A stretch of DNA of 64,000 nucleotides from Octopus sinensis (GCF_006345805.1 NC_043008.1:12524001-12588000), one strand, 5' to 3'. Shown: positions 12,671-25,955, counted from the stretch's first letter. Translations and numbers: made by a program. The notes: a model not told the origin generated them from the letters alone.

Positions 12671-13856
12671 CTACAAAGGGCATCCAGCTGTAGAAACATT
12701 GCCACATGAGATTAGAGCCTGGTGTAGCTGCTGGCTCTTCAGACCCCAGTAAAACCGTCCAACCCATGCCAGCATGGAAAAACGGACGTTAAACGATGAT
12801 GATACATATTCATGTAGTAGGTTCAAGAATAGATGTTATGTCCATGCCACAAGCCCAATTCTTGAATTCACTGTATTATTCTCTGCGACTAATAAATTGT
12901 CCCTGCAGTTTTCAGTTTGTATAAATAGTTTCCTTTAAGGAACAGCATCCTTTTCTCTGCATTCAGTCAGCTGTTTTCCACAGAAGTGCAGGCCAATGAT
13001 ACAGCTCAGATGTCTCAATTTCCTTTTTTATTATATAAACTTATATATATACATATATATACAGTTGATACTTGTTCTAACAGATGTCTATATACACGCA
13101 TCCTATTTAATATACACTTGATCTTAATATATATTTGATCTTAAAATTCTATTGATAGATTAAAAGGATAGCTACTGAAATCAAATCTTAAGAGTACATG
13201 ATTAATTATAAATAATATCGAATTCCATGTTACGTCGGTTGATAAAATTATTTACTAAATCTACACTGAGTATATCTCATTTCAAGGAAGATCTTTCCTA
13301 GAAAGACAAAGAACAAAATAAGAAACCCACGCCCAAATCATAGCAGAAATAAAAATGGTACAAAATGAAATTTACTTTTGTAATTAAATTGTACCATAAT
13401 TTTTGTTCGTTTCAGATAACTGTTTTCCCTTCCCAGGAGATTGCGAAGATAAAAAGAAAGGTTTTGTTCATTGATTCTTCCACTAGTCAATGGAATATCT
13501 TCCGTGCAGAGATGGATTTCATACAGAGACAACAGAAAGCATTGATTACTTCGTTAATTTATGAAACAATTAAATAGTAATAAATAACACTTCGCTATTC
13601 GGTTACTTCATTAACATAGAAAACAATTAGTTTAATTACTTATAGATAACGCTTCTACGCTGTTTATTAGTTTCCACTGTTTGACATTATGGTACACTGT
13701 TTACAATTAAAGACGGAAAAGCATTTAGTATGAAAGAAAATAATTCTTATAGCTATAGAACAATTTGTTACAATGGATATTCTAATACACCTGACTTTCT
13801 GGTTCTGGTCTGAGCCTAATTAATCAGAGGACCATAGAGACAGTGTATGCTTTCTG

Positions 13857-13919
<63 letters not shown>

Positions 13920-14005
13920 TGAGGGAATATTATTCCAAACTTACAAGGAATAGTTCAATTTAGAAATACTAAATCAAATTTACAAAATATAATATATATA
14001 TATAT

Positions 14006-14093
14006 AAATTAGAAAATAACCACCTTTTATCAATTCAATAGATGGTATAATTTAATTTTTCATCATTGAATTGATAAAAGGTGTTTTTTACTA

Positions 14094-14097
<4 letters not shown>
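14006..14097. repeat. Short inverted-repeat element within (TA)n
   Basis: AAATTAG..CACCTTTTATCAATTCAAT / ATTGAATTGATAAAAGGTG..CTAATTT. Confidence 0.75.
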
Positions 14098-14138
<41 letters not shown>

Positions 14139-14309
14139 TGTATATTGTTGTATTTCGGAATGGTCATTTTGCCAGTTTAGCCAATAAAAACGCACGCACT
14201 ATATATTTCGTGTTACTTTGCTTCAGTGTTATTTCAACACACGACTTCACATAAAAAATCTTGCACAACAAATATATATATATATGTGTATATATATATA
14301 TATATATAT

Positions 14310-14366
<57 letters not shown>

Positions 14367-14784
14367 GCATACATACATACACACACATACCCATATATAT
14401 ACATATTGCATACATAGGAAAAGATATGATAAACACAACATGTAGTTTATGTTATTCGTTCCCTACACATGTTTCAGTGTTGTGGGTATTTGCCTGCTCT
14501 GCACTGAATGTTCACAGTGCATTTGGATGTAGAGCCACAACAGTTATTCAGGGGACTGCAATATTACATTACATTAAAACTCTACATATTTATACATGGA
14601 CATGCATTTTTATATTACACTACAAGTAAAAGTTTTATAAGTTTTAGTGAAATAAGGTCTTCATCTATTTATTTATAAAAGATTCTCTAAACTTTGAAAC
14701 CTAAAGAGTTGCACAGAACCATTTAAGAATGCATTGCTGTTGAGTTGAGCAGGTTTTAACATTTATCTATATAAATATCAACAC

Positions 14785-14807
14785 ATTATTATTACTATTA
14801 TTATTAA

Positions 14808-14839
<32 letters not shown>

Positions 14840-14878
14840 TATTATTATTATTATTATTATTACTACTATTATTATTAA

Positions 14879-14912
<34 letters not shown>

Positions 14913-14913
14913 A

Positions 14914-14944
<31 letters not shown>

Positions 14945-15110
14945 ATTATTATTATTATTATTATTACTATTATTATTAATATTATTATTATTATATTATT
15001 ATTATTTATTATTATTATTATTATTATATTATTATTATTATTATATTATTACTATTATTATATTATTATATTATATTATTATTATTATTATTATTACTAT
15101 TAATATTATT
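14785..15110. repeat. (ATT)n microsatellite
   Basis: Visible directly. Confidence 0.95.
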
Positions 15111-16165
15111 TGTAAGATAAAACTACTTGGCTTTCTATTATCTCTTGTATGAATTTCATTCGATTTAGGTTCCCCTCCACCCCCTTTTTTAGCCATAGAG
15201 GCACTCAGCACATTTCTGCTTGACCAAAAAGCAAAGGTCACTCACACAAAAAGAAGAGAGGAATACAAATAAATCAGGCACTAATGCAATTTAGCCGTAT
15301 TATGGATCCTTTGTCTTTTTTCCCCGCTCGCCAAACTGTTACACATATTTCTATTCACTATGCTTTTTACCTTTATTCCGTCTTACTTCGTTTTCTTACC
15401 TTTTTATGCTCATCTGTACCTTTTTCCTGGCCTTTTAATGTTTACCTCTGTCTAGTTAATGTTCTATTTTTCCTGTTCATTTTTTTCTTTTTGTTTCCTA
15501 TTCTCTAAATGTCTATATTTGAATCTCACCACCCCCCACTTGAATTTTTTTATTTCTTGATTTTCTTTTTTCTTTTCCGTTTCTTCTGACCTCTCTCTTT
15601 CCTGACATGTCCAAAAGTTTTCTGAACATACAGCTCATTTCTTTGAAGGTTGTTATTTAAATATGCTCGCTCACTTCCTTCACAGAGTATAATGCGCCTT
15701 AATATTTTTTTACATGCTATTTTGGATCAAGAGCAGGAAGGTAGGTTTAAACCCATCAATAGCTTCGTATTTTAACTGGTCTGTGTCCACTCGAACATCT
15801 GAACAAAATATACCGAGCAGTGAAGTTGGTCTTCTTCGGCTTATATCCTCTAACCCTTTCCCGCCAAATGATAACCATTATTCTTATGGTTTTTTTCTTA
15901 CCCTTCTTTTTCTTAAATCCTTTGCTGACTTAATTATTGTTTTTTTCTTATTTTGGCCCTCTTGAATTTTTCTCACCAAATGACTCATCAATTTTTTACA
16001 TAATTTTTTTCATGCTTCAACTAAAATACAAAACAAGAAATGAAAAATTTATTAAAAAAAAAATAATAATTAAATCTAGTATAAAACAAATTCAATCTGC
16101 AACAACATCTTTCTTCACAAACTCAGACTCTGTGATAAGAAACATCCTTATTTTAAGCTTCTTCA

Positions 16166-16380
16166 AGGCAGCAAGCTGGCAGAATCGTTAGCAAGCCAGG
16201 CAAAACACTTAGCAGCATTTCCTCCGTCTTCATGTTCTAAGTTCAAACTCCAATGAGGTCAACTTTGCTTTCATCCTTTCAGGGTCAATAAAATAAGTAC
16301 CAGTTATTCACTAGGGAAAATTGTAATCAACTTATCTCAGCCCTTGAAATTGCAGGGCCTATGCCAAAATTCGAAACTGT
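16166..16380 (+). mobile_element. Family-B SINE
   Basis: GGCAGCAAGCTGGCAGAATCGTTAGC..TTTCATCCTTTCAGGGTCAATAAAATAAGTACC. Confidence 0.8.
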
Positions 16381-16797
16381 TATTTTAAGCTTCTTCTTTT
16401 CTTAATTACGTGAATAAAACTAATTAATAATCTACTCAAATTTTGTGTCATTCCAATTAGGTTTGATTGCAACCTTGATATATATGATATACATACTAAT
16501 ATAGTGTCTAATTAAATATTTTTTTAATTGAAAAAATATTATGGAGGGATTTTTCTTTTTGTCTAGGTAAATGACAAATTAAAGAGGGATTAAAATTAAC
16601 TTTATTGGTTGTACAGTGTCTGTGTGTCAGATTGAAACCGTACACAGAAAATGTAAAATGGACCCAAACATTTCAATGTAAGATTATAATGAGGAATATT
16701 ATATTTGCAATTAGTTTTAACTTGTCTTCTTTTGATATCTTCATTCAAAATCTCTGGCAGCTACATTTCCATTCACTAAATACTAATACATATTAAT

Positions 16798-17097
16798 GTG
16801 GAGGCACATGGCCTAGTGGTTAGAGCAGCGGACTCGCGGTCGATGGATCGTGGGTTCGAATCTCAGACTGGGCGATGTGTGTGTTTATGAGCGAAACACC
16901 TAATTCCCATGCGGCTCCGGCAGAAGGTAATGACGAACTTCTGCTGACTCTTTTGCCACAACTTTCTCTCTCTCTTTCCTGTTGCAGCTCACCTGCGATA
17001 GACCGGTGTCCTGTTCAGGTGGGGAACCTATATGCCAAGGAAACTGGGAAACTGGCCCTAATGATCCAAGCGTGGCTCGAGAAGGAACAAACAACAA
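16798..17097 (+). mobile_element. Family-C SINE, full length
   Basis: GTGGAGGCACATGGCCTAGTGGTTAGAGCAGCGGACTCGCGG..GGTTCGAATC..GAAGGAACAAACAAC. Confidence 0.88.
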
Positions 17098-17436
17098 TAC
17101 ATGATAGGCATTCCTCTGCTGATATACAGCTGAGGATCTTTATTTACTGAGGAAATATTAAATAATACTATCGCATTGTAACGAATAAAAATGATGCTCT
17201 TGTAGGGATTTCGTCAAATCCTTATAAGAAGTAATACACAGTTATCTGCCATTTTAGTTTAGCAATCTGTGTACTGCAATCTGCCCCAGCCCAGGTCAAT
17301 CCCACCACACTTGCTTCATTGCCCTAATTCCAACCCTACAAATATTTTTAAAATAATCTTTCCTCCCAAGGGACTACAATCTTCTAGAATTTCTTTCATG
17401 TCCAATGTTTTAGAAATACAAACTGAATATTAGTTA

Positions 17437-17832
17437 TAGGCACAGATGCAGCAGTGTGGTAAGAAGCTTGCTTCCCAACCACATGGTACTTGGTTCAATC
17501 CCACACTGTGGTACTTAGGGTAAGTGCCTTCTGCTATAGTCTCAGGTTGACCAAAGCCCTGTGAGTGCAGTTGCTAGACAGAAACTGAAAGAATCCTATT
17601 GTATATGTGTGTATGTGTGTATATATATGGGATTGTGATTGTGTCTGTATTTGTCTGCTAGCACTGCTTGACAAACGGTGTTGGTGTGTTTGCATCCCTG
17701 TAACTTAGTAGTTCAGCTTAAGAGACTGATAGAATATGTACCAGTTGATTCATTCAACTAAAAATTCTTCAAGGCAGTACTCCAGTATGGTCGTAGACTA
17801 ATGACTGAAAACATGTAAAAGTTAAAAGATAA
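17437..17832 (+). mobile_element. Family-A SINE, diverged
   Basis: Head, CORE-like block and tail all recognisable. Confidence 0.8.
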
Positions 17833-19465
17833 ATGGTTAAAGCTATTGATAGCATTAGACTGGGAAATGTGTAAAGATTATAGCCGTTGCACTACTTCCT
17901 ACAAATTTTAACAAAATTTCCATTTTGATAACAAAACATGGTAGGGGTACAGTCAATTGCTTGAACAGCTATCAAACCTGAAGTGAAAAGGGCAAATAAA
18001 AGGGGACAAAATAATCTAATCCGAAAAAAAGGGAGTTAAAGAATATTTCAAGAGAGTTGAACGACAGAAGGTCTTCAGAGAAGAAACCCTCCTCAGGCAA
18101 GTATTTTAGCTCTTCTTACACTCTAAAGGGGCTAGGTTGCATGCTTGTTATGACCCCTGGATGCCCATCTGCTGACACTTTTTAGCTGCTTAGGTAAAAA
18201 AAGGTCAAGTTACATTCTTGAGTCATAGTGACTCAAAAGGGCCAGTTTCCTGCTTTCCATGACATATATATTTCCCACCCCCCTGGATGGGGTGCGAGTC
18301 CAGAGCAGGATTAACTCACTTTTGCCAGCTGAGTGGACTGGATCAAGACCTAAAACAATGCAAAGTGCATTGTGACTAGCGATGTATATCATCTGATAGT
18401 CTGGTCGATACCATAGTACCATGATATATTTTTGTACTACATCTCTCTTTGTTTATGATAGCTGCTTCAAGAAAACAAACAAAAAAAAAGAAAGAAAAAC
18501 GTGAAATGAATCTGAGACAAATGAATAACAGAACATATAAGAAGAATCGGTTTTATTCTGAGACCCTAAGTTACCTTAAACATTGTGGATGGTTACTAGG
18601 GAATATTTTTGTGGTTCAGGCAGAAACTTTGACAGGTTACTGAGCCATGTTGTCTCAGATCATTTTGTGATAAGTATTACATGGTTCACAATTGAGCAAT
18701 TGAACATCCCATTTTATTCTCAATAAATGATGGATGAATCAGTAATAAGTTAGGATAAATGTATTGCCTTCTCTGTAAACATTTCCCAAATGACTCTTAT
18801 TCATATCTGTCTTTCAGACTATAAACTCCATTTAAATCTATAAACTCTGGTCCTTGTATATTTGTGTATTTAATATAGATCAAATAGAGTGACAAATGGT
18901 ATGGCCTTCTGCAAAGTATTATACATTGCTTAATTATCTTTCTCTCAATTCTGAATCCAAATTCCTTTGTGATTGTCTTTGTCTTTCAGGATTGATATAA
19001 TATGTGCCTATATATGCACTGCAGTTGATTCAATTTGAACCTGTGTTCTAGCATTATTTATCATAGACAATATACTGAAAACAGATGACATTCTAAATGA
19101 TATTGCTTTCTCCACTCTCAATAATTTAGGTGGCTGAGTAGATAAGAATTAAAATGATCAATTTGAAATTTAAGGGAAATGATGTCTAACCCTTAGCATT
19201 CAGAAGCTAGCATGGCCAAATTTCATAACTCTTAAAAGGTCCACTCGACTAAGCTATAAAGAGGAACCACTTAACAAGCAGTAGCCATTCAGTAAATTTC
19301 GGTAAATGTTTTATTAGAATGCAAATCAATGCTTTCTATCCCGCTTTACATTCTGAGTTCAAATTCTACTGGAGTCAACATGCCACTTATCCTTTCGGGG
19401 TCGATAAAATAAGTACCAGTTTAACACTACGGTTGATGTAATCAACATGGCCCCTCCTCCACTAT

Positions 19466-19552
19466 GGCATACAGCATAGTGGTTAAGAGTGTGGGCTACT
19501 AACCTTAAGATTCCGAGTTCAATTCCAAGTGGTGACCTGAATAATAATCATG

Positions 19553-19589
<37 letters not shown>

Positions 19590-19937
19590 TATTAATAATA
19601 ATAATTATTATAATAATAATAATAATAATCATAATGATAATAATAATCATAATGATAATAATAATAATAATCATAATAATAATAATAATAATCATAATGA
19701 TAATAATAATCATAATGATAATAATAATAATAATCATAATAATAATAATAATAATAATAACATCGAAAAATACCTTAGGAATGAGAACCCGGTTCGAAAT
19801 TTCCCCAAGAACACCTGATGAAGGCTGGAGGGTATATCAGCTGAAACGTTGTGTTGACAACAAACAAGATGAGGATAAATATCTGTCAAATGTAAATAAA
19901 GTAAATAATGTAAATAATGTAAATAATGTAAATAATG
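19466..19937 (+). mobile_element. tRNA-headed, hammerhead-bearing non-autonomous element (family H), monomer
   Basis: TAGTGGTTAAGAG (A box) and GAGTTCAATTCC (B box) at 19466-19540; (AAT)n at 19541-19760; HHR at 19810-19855; (AATAATGTA)n tail. Confidence 0.75.
19810..19855 (+). ncRNA. Minimal type-I hammerhead ribozyme motif
   Basis: AACAC-CTGATGA-A-GGCTG(gagggtatat)CAGCT-GAAA-CG-TT-GTGTT: stem I, core, stem II, palindromic ACGT stem III, GUU site. Confidence 0.65.
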
Positions 19938-19984
19938 ACTTTCCCACTGTGTTATATATAAACTTATTGTCTATACTTTCTGAT

Positions 19985-20455
19985 TTTTATCGTGTTCTTT
20001 ACTGGTTTTAGTCATTAGGTTGTGGCCATGCAGGAGCACCACTCTGAAGATCTTTTAGTTAAATGATTCAGCCTCAGTACTTTACTTTTTTTTTATAAGT
20101 CTGGTGCTTATTTTGTCAGTGTCTTTTTGCCAAGCTACTAAGTTACAGAGATGTAGACACACCAACATCAGTTGTCAAGCAGTAAGGGGAACAAACACAG
20201 ACACACATACACACACACACACATACATACTTAGATAATACATACATATATACACTCATCCATACATGTGTGTCTGATAGGCTTCTTCCAGTTTCTGGCT
20301 ACCAGATCCATTCACAATGCTTTGCTTGGCCTGAGGTTATAATAGAAGATACCTGCCCAAGGTGTCATGCAGTGGGACTGAACCAAGAACCATGTGACTG
20401 AGAAACAAGCTTTTTACTACACAGCCACACCTGTACCTGTATCACCTGTGCCTAT
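19985..20455 (-). mobile_element. Family-A SINE
   Basis: Colinear with 849-1227. Confidence 0.8.
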
Positions 20456-21335
20456 GTAGCAATACCTACACTTAACCATTATTAATTTTTTACTTAATTA
20501 CTCTAACTTTATGTACGCATCTCAGTAAAAATCTCTGTATTCAAAGAAGCCCATCAGATGCAGCGTTTCATCCCTACATTGTTTCTACCCTTTTTATAAT
20601 TATTTTTCACCTTTGACCTGATACTCTTACCTGTGTCAGTAATGAAATTTTGTCATCACTTTCCTGTATATATTTTTATTAAGCAATTTCTTTTTCCTAA
20701 ATCTTGTCTTTTCTCTCTGTCATTTCGCCAGCTTTCATTTCTTAATTTTCCCTAATTTATTCATTACCTATTCATTAGTTTATTGTTTCATTAATTTGCA
20801 CAAATATAATTGGAATTTTTACATTTTTATTTTTCAATAATTTCCTATATTTTTGTCTACCAATAATCTTTTTTTTGTTGCCCAGACATCCTTCTAACTT
20901 CAATAATCTCTCTCTCTCTCTTCCTATACCTTTCTTCCATCTCCCACCCCTACCCTCAACTAAGCCATTATCAAACTATTAATTATTTCCTTTATTATCT
21001 ACTTAATTAATATACTTACAAATTTTAGCACAAAACCAGCAATTTTCGTGACAGCAGTGTGCGTGGGTGGGGCAGTCGATTCATGTCAACACTTCCCCTT
21101 CCCCAGCATTCAACTTAATCCTACTTTATTGACCCTGCCAAATGGATGCGTACATGAAAGGCAAAACCGAGCAAGGTGGAATTTGAACTCAGAACATGAA
21201 GTGTTAGAAGAAATACTGCTAAACATTTTGCGCAATATTCTATCCCAAAGCATTAATAATTCTGTCAGCTAGCTACCTTAAACTATTTATCACAATAATT
21301 CTTTCCCAGATTTGTTTTCTGTCATAATCAATTCT

Positions 21336-21377
<42 letters not shown>

Positions 21378-21612
21378 ATAAGAAATTAAAAAAGGAAAAT
21401 ACACACACTTACATGGTTATAATATAATTTTTAATATATCGACTGGTTTCACAATCGCTATTCATGATATAATGTTTAATTTATATGAATATATAGTTTT
21501 TCTTAAATTATATTATAACCATGTAAGTGTGCGTATTTTCCTTTTTTAATTTCTTATATACATTACAATCCACTACGTGGGGACAACCGAAATTCATCTT
21601 TTCTGTTACTAC

Positions 21613-21652
<40 letters not shown>

Positions 21653-21705
21653 TTTTATTCTTTTACTTGCTTCAGTCATTTGACTGCGGCCATGCTGGAG
21701 CACTG

Positions 21706-21862
21706 CAAAAGAGTCAGCAGAAGTTCGCCATTACCTTCTGCCGGAGCCACATGGAGCTTAGGTGTTTCGCTCATAAACACACACATTGCCCGGTCTGAGA
21801 TTCGAACCTGCGATCCCTCGACTGCGAGTCCGCTGCTCTAACCACTAGGCCATATGCCTCCA
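21706..21862 (-). mobile_element. Family-C SINE 5' half, fused to a family-A tail (21650-21705)
   Basis: GAGATTCGAACCTGCGATCCCTCGACTGCGAGTCCGCTGCTCTAACCACTAGGCC. Confidence 0.8.
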
Positions 21863-22061
21863 TATATCATATAAGTACCACTAAAAACAATGTTTTCTTG
21901 TAGTGTATGTTTGGGACAATACTGCCGGTCCTCTTTAACCCCAGCTGGTCTACTGTGGCTGCTTATAGCGATCAGATGTTTGTTCTCTATAGTACTGCCA
22001 TTTTTTCAAGTTTGAGGAACTGGGCCACAACAGGCAGGAACCATCGTCAAAGAAAATGAAC

Positions 22062-22435
22062 TAGGCACAGGCATGGGTGAGTGGTAAGACGTTTGCTTCC
22101 CAACCACATGGTTCCAGGCTCACTCCCACTGTGGGGCACCTTGGGTGAATGTCTTCTATTATAGCCTCATGGATTTTGTAGATGGAACCTGAAAAATGCC
22201 CATCATATATATATATGCATATGTGTGTGTCTTCATTTGTCCTCAACCACTGCTTCACAATCGGTGTTAGTGGGATTACATCCCCATGACATAGCAAGTC
22301 AGCAAAAGAGACTGATAGAATAAATAGCAAATTTAAAAACAAAAATAAGCACCGGGATTGGTTCATTCAACTAAAATTCTTCTAAGCAGTGCCCCAGCGT
22401 GGCCACAGTCTAGTGACTGAAAGGCATAAAAGATA
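22062..22435 (+). mobile_element. Family-A SINE, diverged
   Basis: GGGCACCTTGGGTGAATGTCTTCT core; CCCAGCGTGGCCACAGTC tail. Confidence 0.78.
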
Positions 22436-22729
22436 ATCAATAATTGACACTGACCATTCAACTTGACCTACAGCATTCTCTAACATTTTTTTGGAACATT
22501 AGTTATATTATAATTTCTTTAATTATTTTACAGTTAATGTCTGTTGTCGTAAATCATTAAAACAAAAAAAAACAAACAAAGATTAGCTTCTGGACAGTTA
22601 TCGCTTTAGGAATTAAAAATTAATAATCTAATGTCTAATATAAAGCAGTACCTCCATTATTTGTTGTTTATCTCATCAGTCAGGGAGATCTAAAATTTTT
22701 AAGCATTTCAACCACGTTTTCTTTTTCTA

Positions 22730-22949
22730 TACTCTTTTACTCTTTTACTTGTTTCAGTCATTTGACTGCGGCCATGCTGGAGCACCACCTTTAGTCGAGC
22801 AAATCAACCCCGGGACTTATTCTTTGTAAGCCCAGTACTTATTCTATCGGTCTCTTTTGCCGAACCGCTAAGTGACAGGGACGTAAACACACAGCATCGG
22901 TTGTCAAGCAATGCTAGGGGGACAAACACAGACACACAAACACACACAC

Positions 22950-22994
<45 letters not shown>

Positions 22995-23160
22995 TATATA
23001 CGACAGGCTTCTTTCAGTTTCCGTTTACCAAATCCACTCACAAGGCATTGGTTGGCCCGGGGCTATAGCAGAAGACACTTGCCCAAGATGCCACGCAGTG
23101 GGACTGAACCCGGAACCATGTGATTGGTTAGCAAGCTACTTACCACACAGCCACTCCTGC
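22730..23160 (-). mobile_element. Family-A SINE, young full-length copy
   Basis: Nearly identical to 28700-29115; CpGs retained. Confidence 0.9.
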
Positions 23161-23559
23161 TCTATGGTGGTGTAGTTTTTGCAACAACTTGAATTATTGT
23201 TTCCTAGCTTCTTAAAAAAACTTGGTGTGATTTTGTGGAATTTTGGTACTAACTTTTGCAAGTTGAGTCACCAGAGATCACAGTAACACTCTCACTGGCT
23301 GTTGTGTCCTCCATCTCCGATACTGTGGTACTGCCACGATATTATGACAAATTGTTTAGAAGTAGTGTACCAGTGTTGTAACAGTAAATAGGATAACAAT
23401 GCTGCCGTAATAACAACATAGCTATCCAACAATCTCTTCATGAACCAACACTCAATGTTCCAAACGAACTGACCAACTCACACCTTCTGACTTCATTGCA
23501 AACTCAGCTTGAACTAACACACAAACTTTACGAGTACAACAGGGGTCGCCAACCCCCCC

Positions 23560-23693
23560 CCCCTGCTAGAGCCTTGTGGAGCTTTAGGTGTTTTCGCTCA
23601 ATAAACACACACAACGCCCAGTCTGGGAATCGAAACCGCGATCCGCCGACCGTGAGTCTGCTGTCCTAACCATTGGGCCATTGGGCCTCCACA
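23560..23693 (-). mobile_element. Family-C-related SINE head
   Basis: GGAATCGAAACC (reverse-complement B box), CCTAACCATTGGGCCA. Confidence 0.75.
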
Positions 23694-24069
23694 TAAACTG
23701 TATATAGTGTTTATATCTTTTCATATATGTGTGTGTGTATGTGTGTGAGTGTGAGTGTACGGGCATAGTTTTGCCATGTGGTTAAGAATTTTGTTTCACA
23801 ACAAGAATTATATGAAGGGCAATGCATCCCTATGAATTGCTCTGTCACTGAGATGAGCTTGTAATTCAGTTGACTGAATAACTGAAGACTCATCCTTGAA
23901 ACTCACTGAGGTCCATGTATGTATACGTTTATTCATATGTGTCTGTTATGCTGTGTATGTGTTTACAATGTGCAGCTGATTATATTTCAAGAATGCTGTT
24001 TTGCAAATGCGAGGCTGTTTTGAAAACATATAGTGAGTGTACAAATTTTAGATTATCTCTTATCTATAG

Positions 24070-24300
24070 TCTGTAGTGTCTGGGGAGAGTCATTTCCATT
24101 TTGTGCCTTATGATTTAACACACTCACGGATAAAATTTCCACTTATTTCTTATTTTTATTTTCCTAAAATTTTCGTTGTGTCTTGCAACCTTTTCAATAA
24201 TCTTAGGAAAATAAAAATAAGAAATGAGGGGGCATTTTACTGGTGAGTGTGTGAAATTATAAGGCACAAAAGGAAAATGACTCTCCCCAGACACAACAGA
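24070..24300. mobile_element. Inverted-dimer element with ~97-bp arms, possibly Penelope-like
   Basis: 24070-24166 is the reverse complement of about 24204-24300; the spacer holds a degenerate HHR-like motif on the minus strand. Confidence 0.65.
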
Positions 24301-25489
24301 ATATGCTTCAACACACGAACTCATATAAAGAATCTTGCAAACCAAATCCAAAAACGAAATCTTATCTATAGGATTTTGTTTATAAAACAACAGGAAACCA
24401 TTTCACTAAAACAGGTCCGTTGTTGACATAAATATGTAAATATATCCAGATCAAATCTGCCAATAGACATGCATAGATTTGTAATAATTTCTGTTTTCTG
24501 TACAAATCATTTTTCAAAATATATATATATATATATCAAAAAAAAAAAATCGTGTGTGTAATTGAGAAACAGAGATGTGTGCACAACTTGGCACATTTTC
24601 ATTGGTGAATATTTGTTGTCACTGATGAGAAGGAAGGCAGGTTAATTTGGCTTTGATGAGATTTTGAAAGCAGAGTAGTCAGATTCTAAACGACATGCCA
24701 TAAAGATTTTAATCTTGCTTTCTGCTTCAGTTTCAGCCTGGCTGACTCTCAACCAGATATAATTCATCTCCTCCATATAATCTTGCAGAGGAACTGACAT
24801 ATAAGTCTCTTTCTAGCTCTGTTTCTGAGTGTGTGTATCTGTAATAAAATTTATATCTTTGTGCATAATACGCATGTGCACCCCCACACACACAAGTATA
24901 TATAATCGAGCGAGAAAGAGAAATCTACTGACATATCTAAACCTATATATTTGTCTAGTTTTCGAAGCTGGCATCTGTTGGGTCGTTTGTACGTAATCCA
25001 AGTCTGTTCCTTTTTTTTTTGTTTGTAGTTACTTTGTTTTCAGAAGGATAAGATGACCATGTCCTACATGTGACCTTAATGTTTTGCAAGGTCTGTGGCT
25101 GGGTGCCCTTCCTAACACCAACACCTTTACATAAGGCACAGGGTACATTTTATCCTGGTGCCATCACCAAAGAAATTATCATGCCCTAGATATATCATCA
25201 TCATGCTCATCATTTACATGTGGTGTACAAGTTCACCTTGTGATCACATGATTTTAGGTTCAGTCCTATTGCGTGGCACTCGGGGTATTATATCCCTGGG
25301 TCAACCAAAGATTGGTACATGAATATTTTAGACTGAATCTCTAAAAACACTTACATCCAGCACTTTTTTAAAAACGATACAGCAATATTTTTTTACATAA
25401 ATATTTTTCTTTATTAAATGGTAATTAAAAATTTTTCTTCATCAAACGGTAATTAAATTTTCCATCTTAAACTGCCAGGATCAAATCAA

Positions 25490-25709
25490 CCCTTTCGTTA
25501 CTGTATTTATTTTGAGATGCCCTTTGTTTCTTTCAATTACATTAAATATGACAAAGAATTTAGTAAAATAACTTAGTTATCATTCAGCTTGTATTAGGAA
25601 CATAAATTGTGACTAAGGTTTGGTGGAAGATTTTAATTCAAAACTTATGAAAACAAGACATTTGTACTCAGAGCCAGAGCCGGTTTCAGCCGGGTTGGTA
25701 ACGAAAGGG
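25490..25709. mobile_element. piggyBac-like MITE, copy 1
   Basis: TIR CCCTTTCGTTAC / GTAACGAAAGGG; flanks TCAA and TTAA. Confidence 0.85.
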
Positions 25710-25729
25710 TTAAATTAATCATCTGTTAA

Positions 25730-25955
25730 CCCTTTTGTTACCATTTTTCTCTTGAGCTGCCTGTGTTTCTTTCAATTAATTTTTAAAATAACAAAGAGTT
25801 TAGTAAAATAACTCAACTATCATTAAGCTAGTGTTAGGAACATAAATTGTGACTAAGGTTTGGTGGAAGATTTTAATTCAAAACTTATGAAAACAAGACA
25901 TTTGTACTCAGAGCCAGAGCCAGAGCCGGTTTCAGCCGGGTTGGTAATGAAAGGG
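25730..25955. mobile_element. piggyBac-like MITE, copy 2
   Basis: TTAA|CCCTTTTGTTACC...GGTAATGAAAGGG|TTAA; colinear with copy 1. Confidence 0.85.

Noticed and set aside
13365-13577. Plus-strand ORF after tttcag
   Set aside because: No upstream partner exon or recognisable protein
16798-16875. tRNA gene-like sequences (also 2361, 19466, 33006)
   Set aside because: A/B boxes run on into SINE bodies; no complete acceptor stem or T-run terminator
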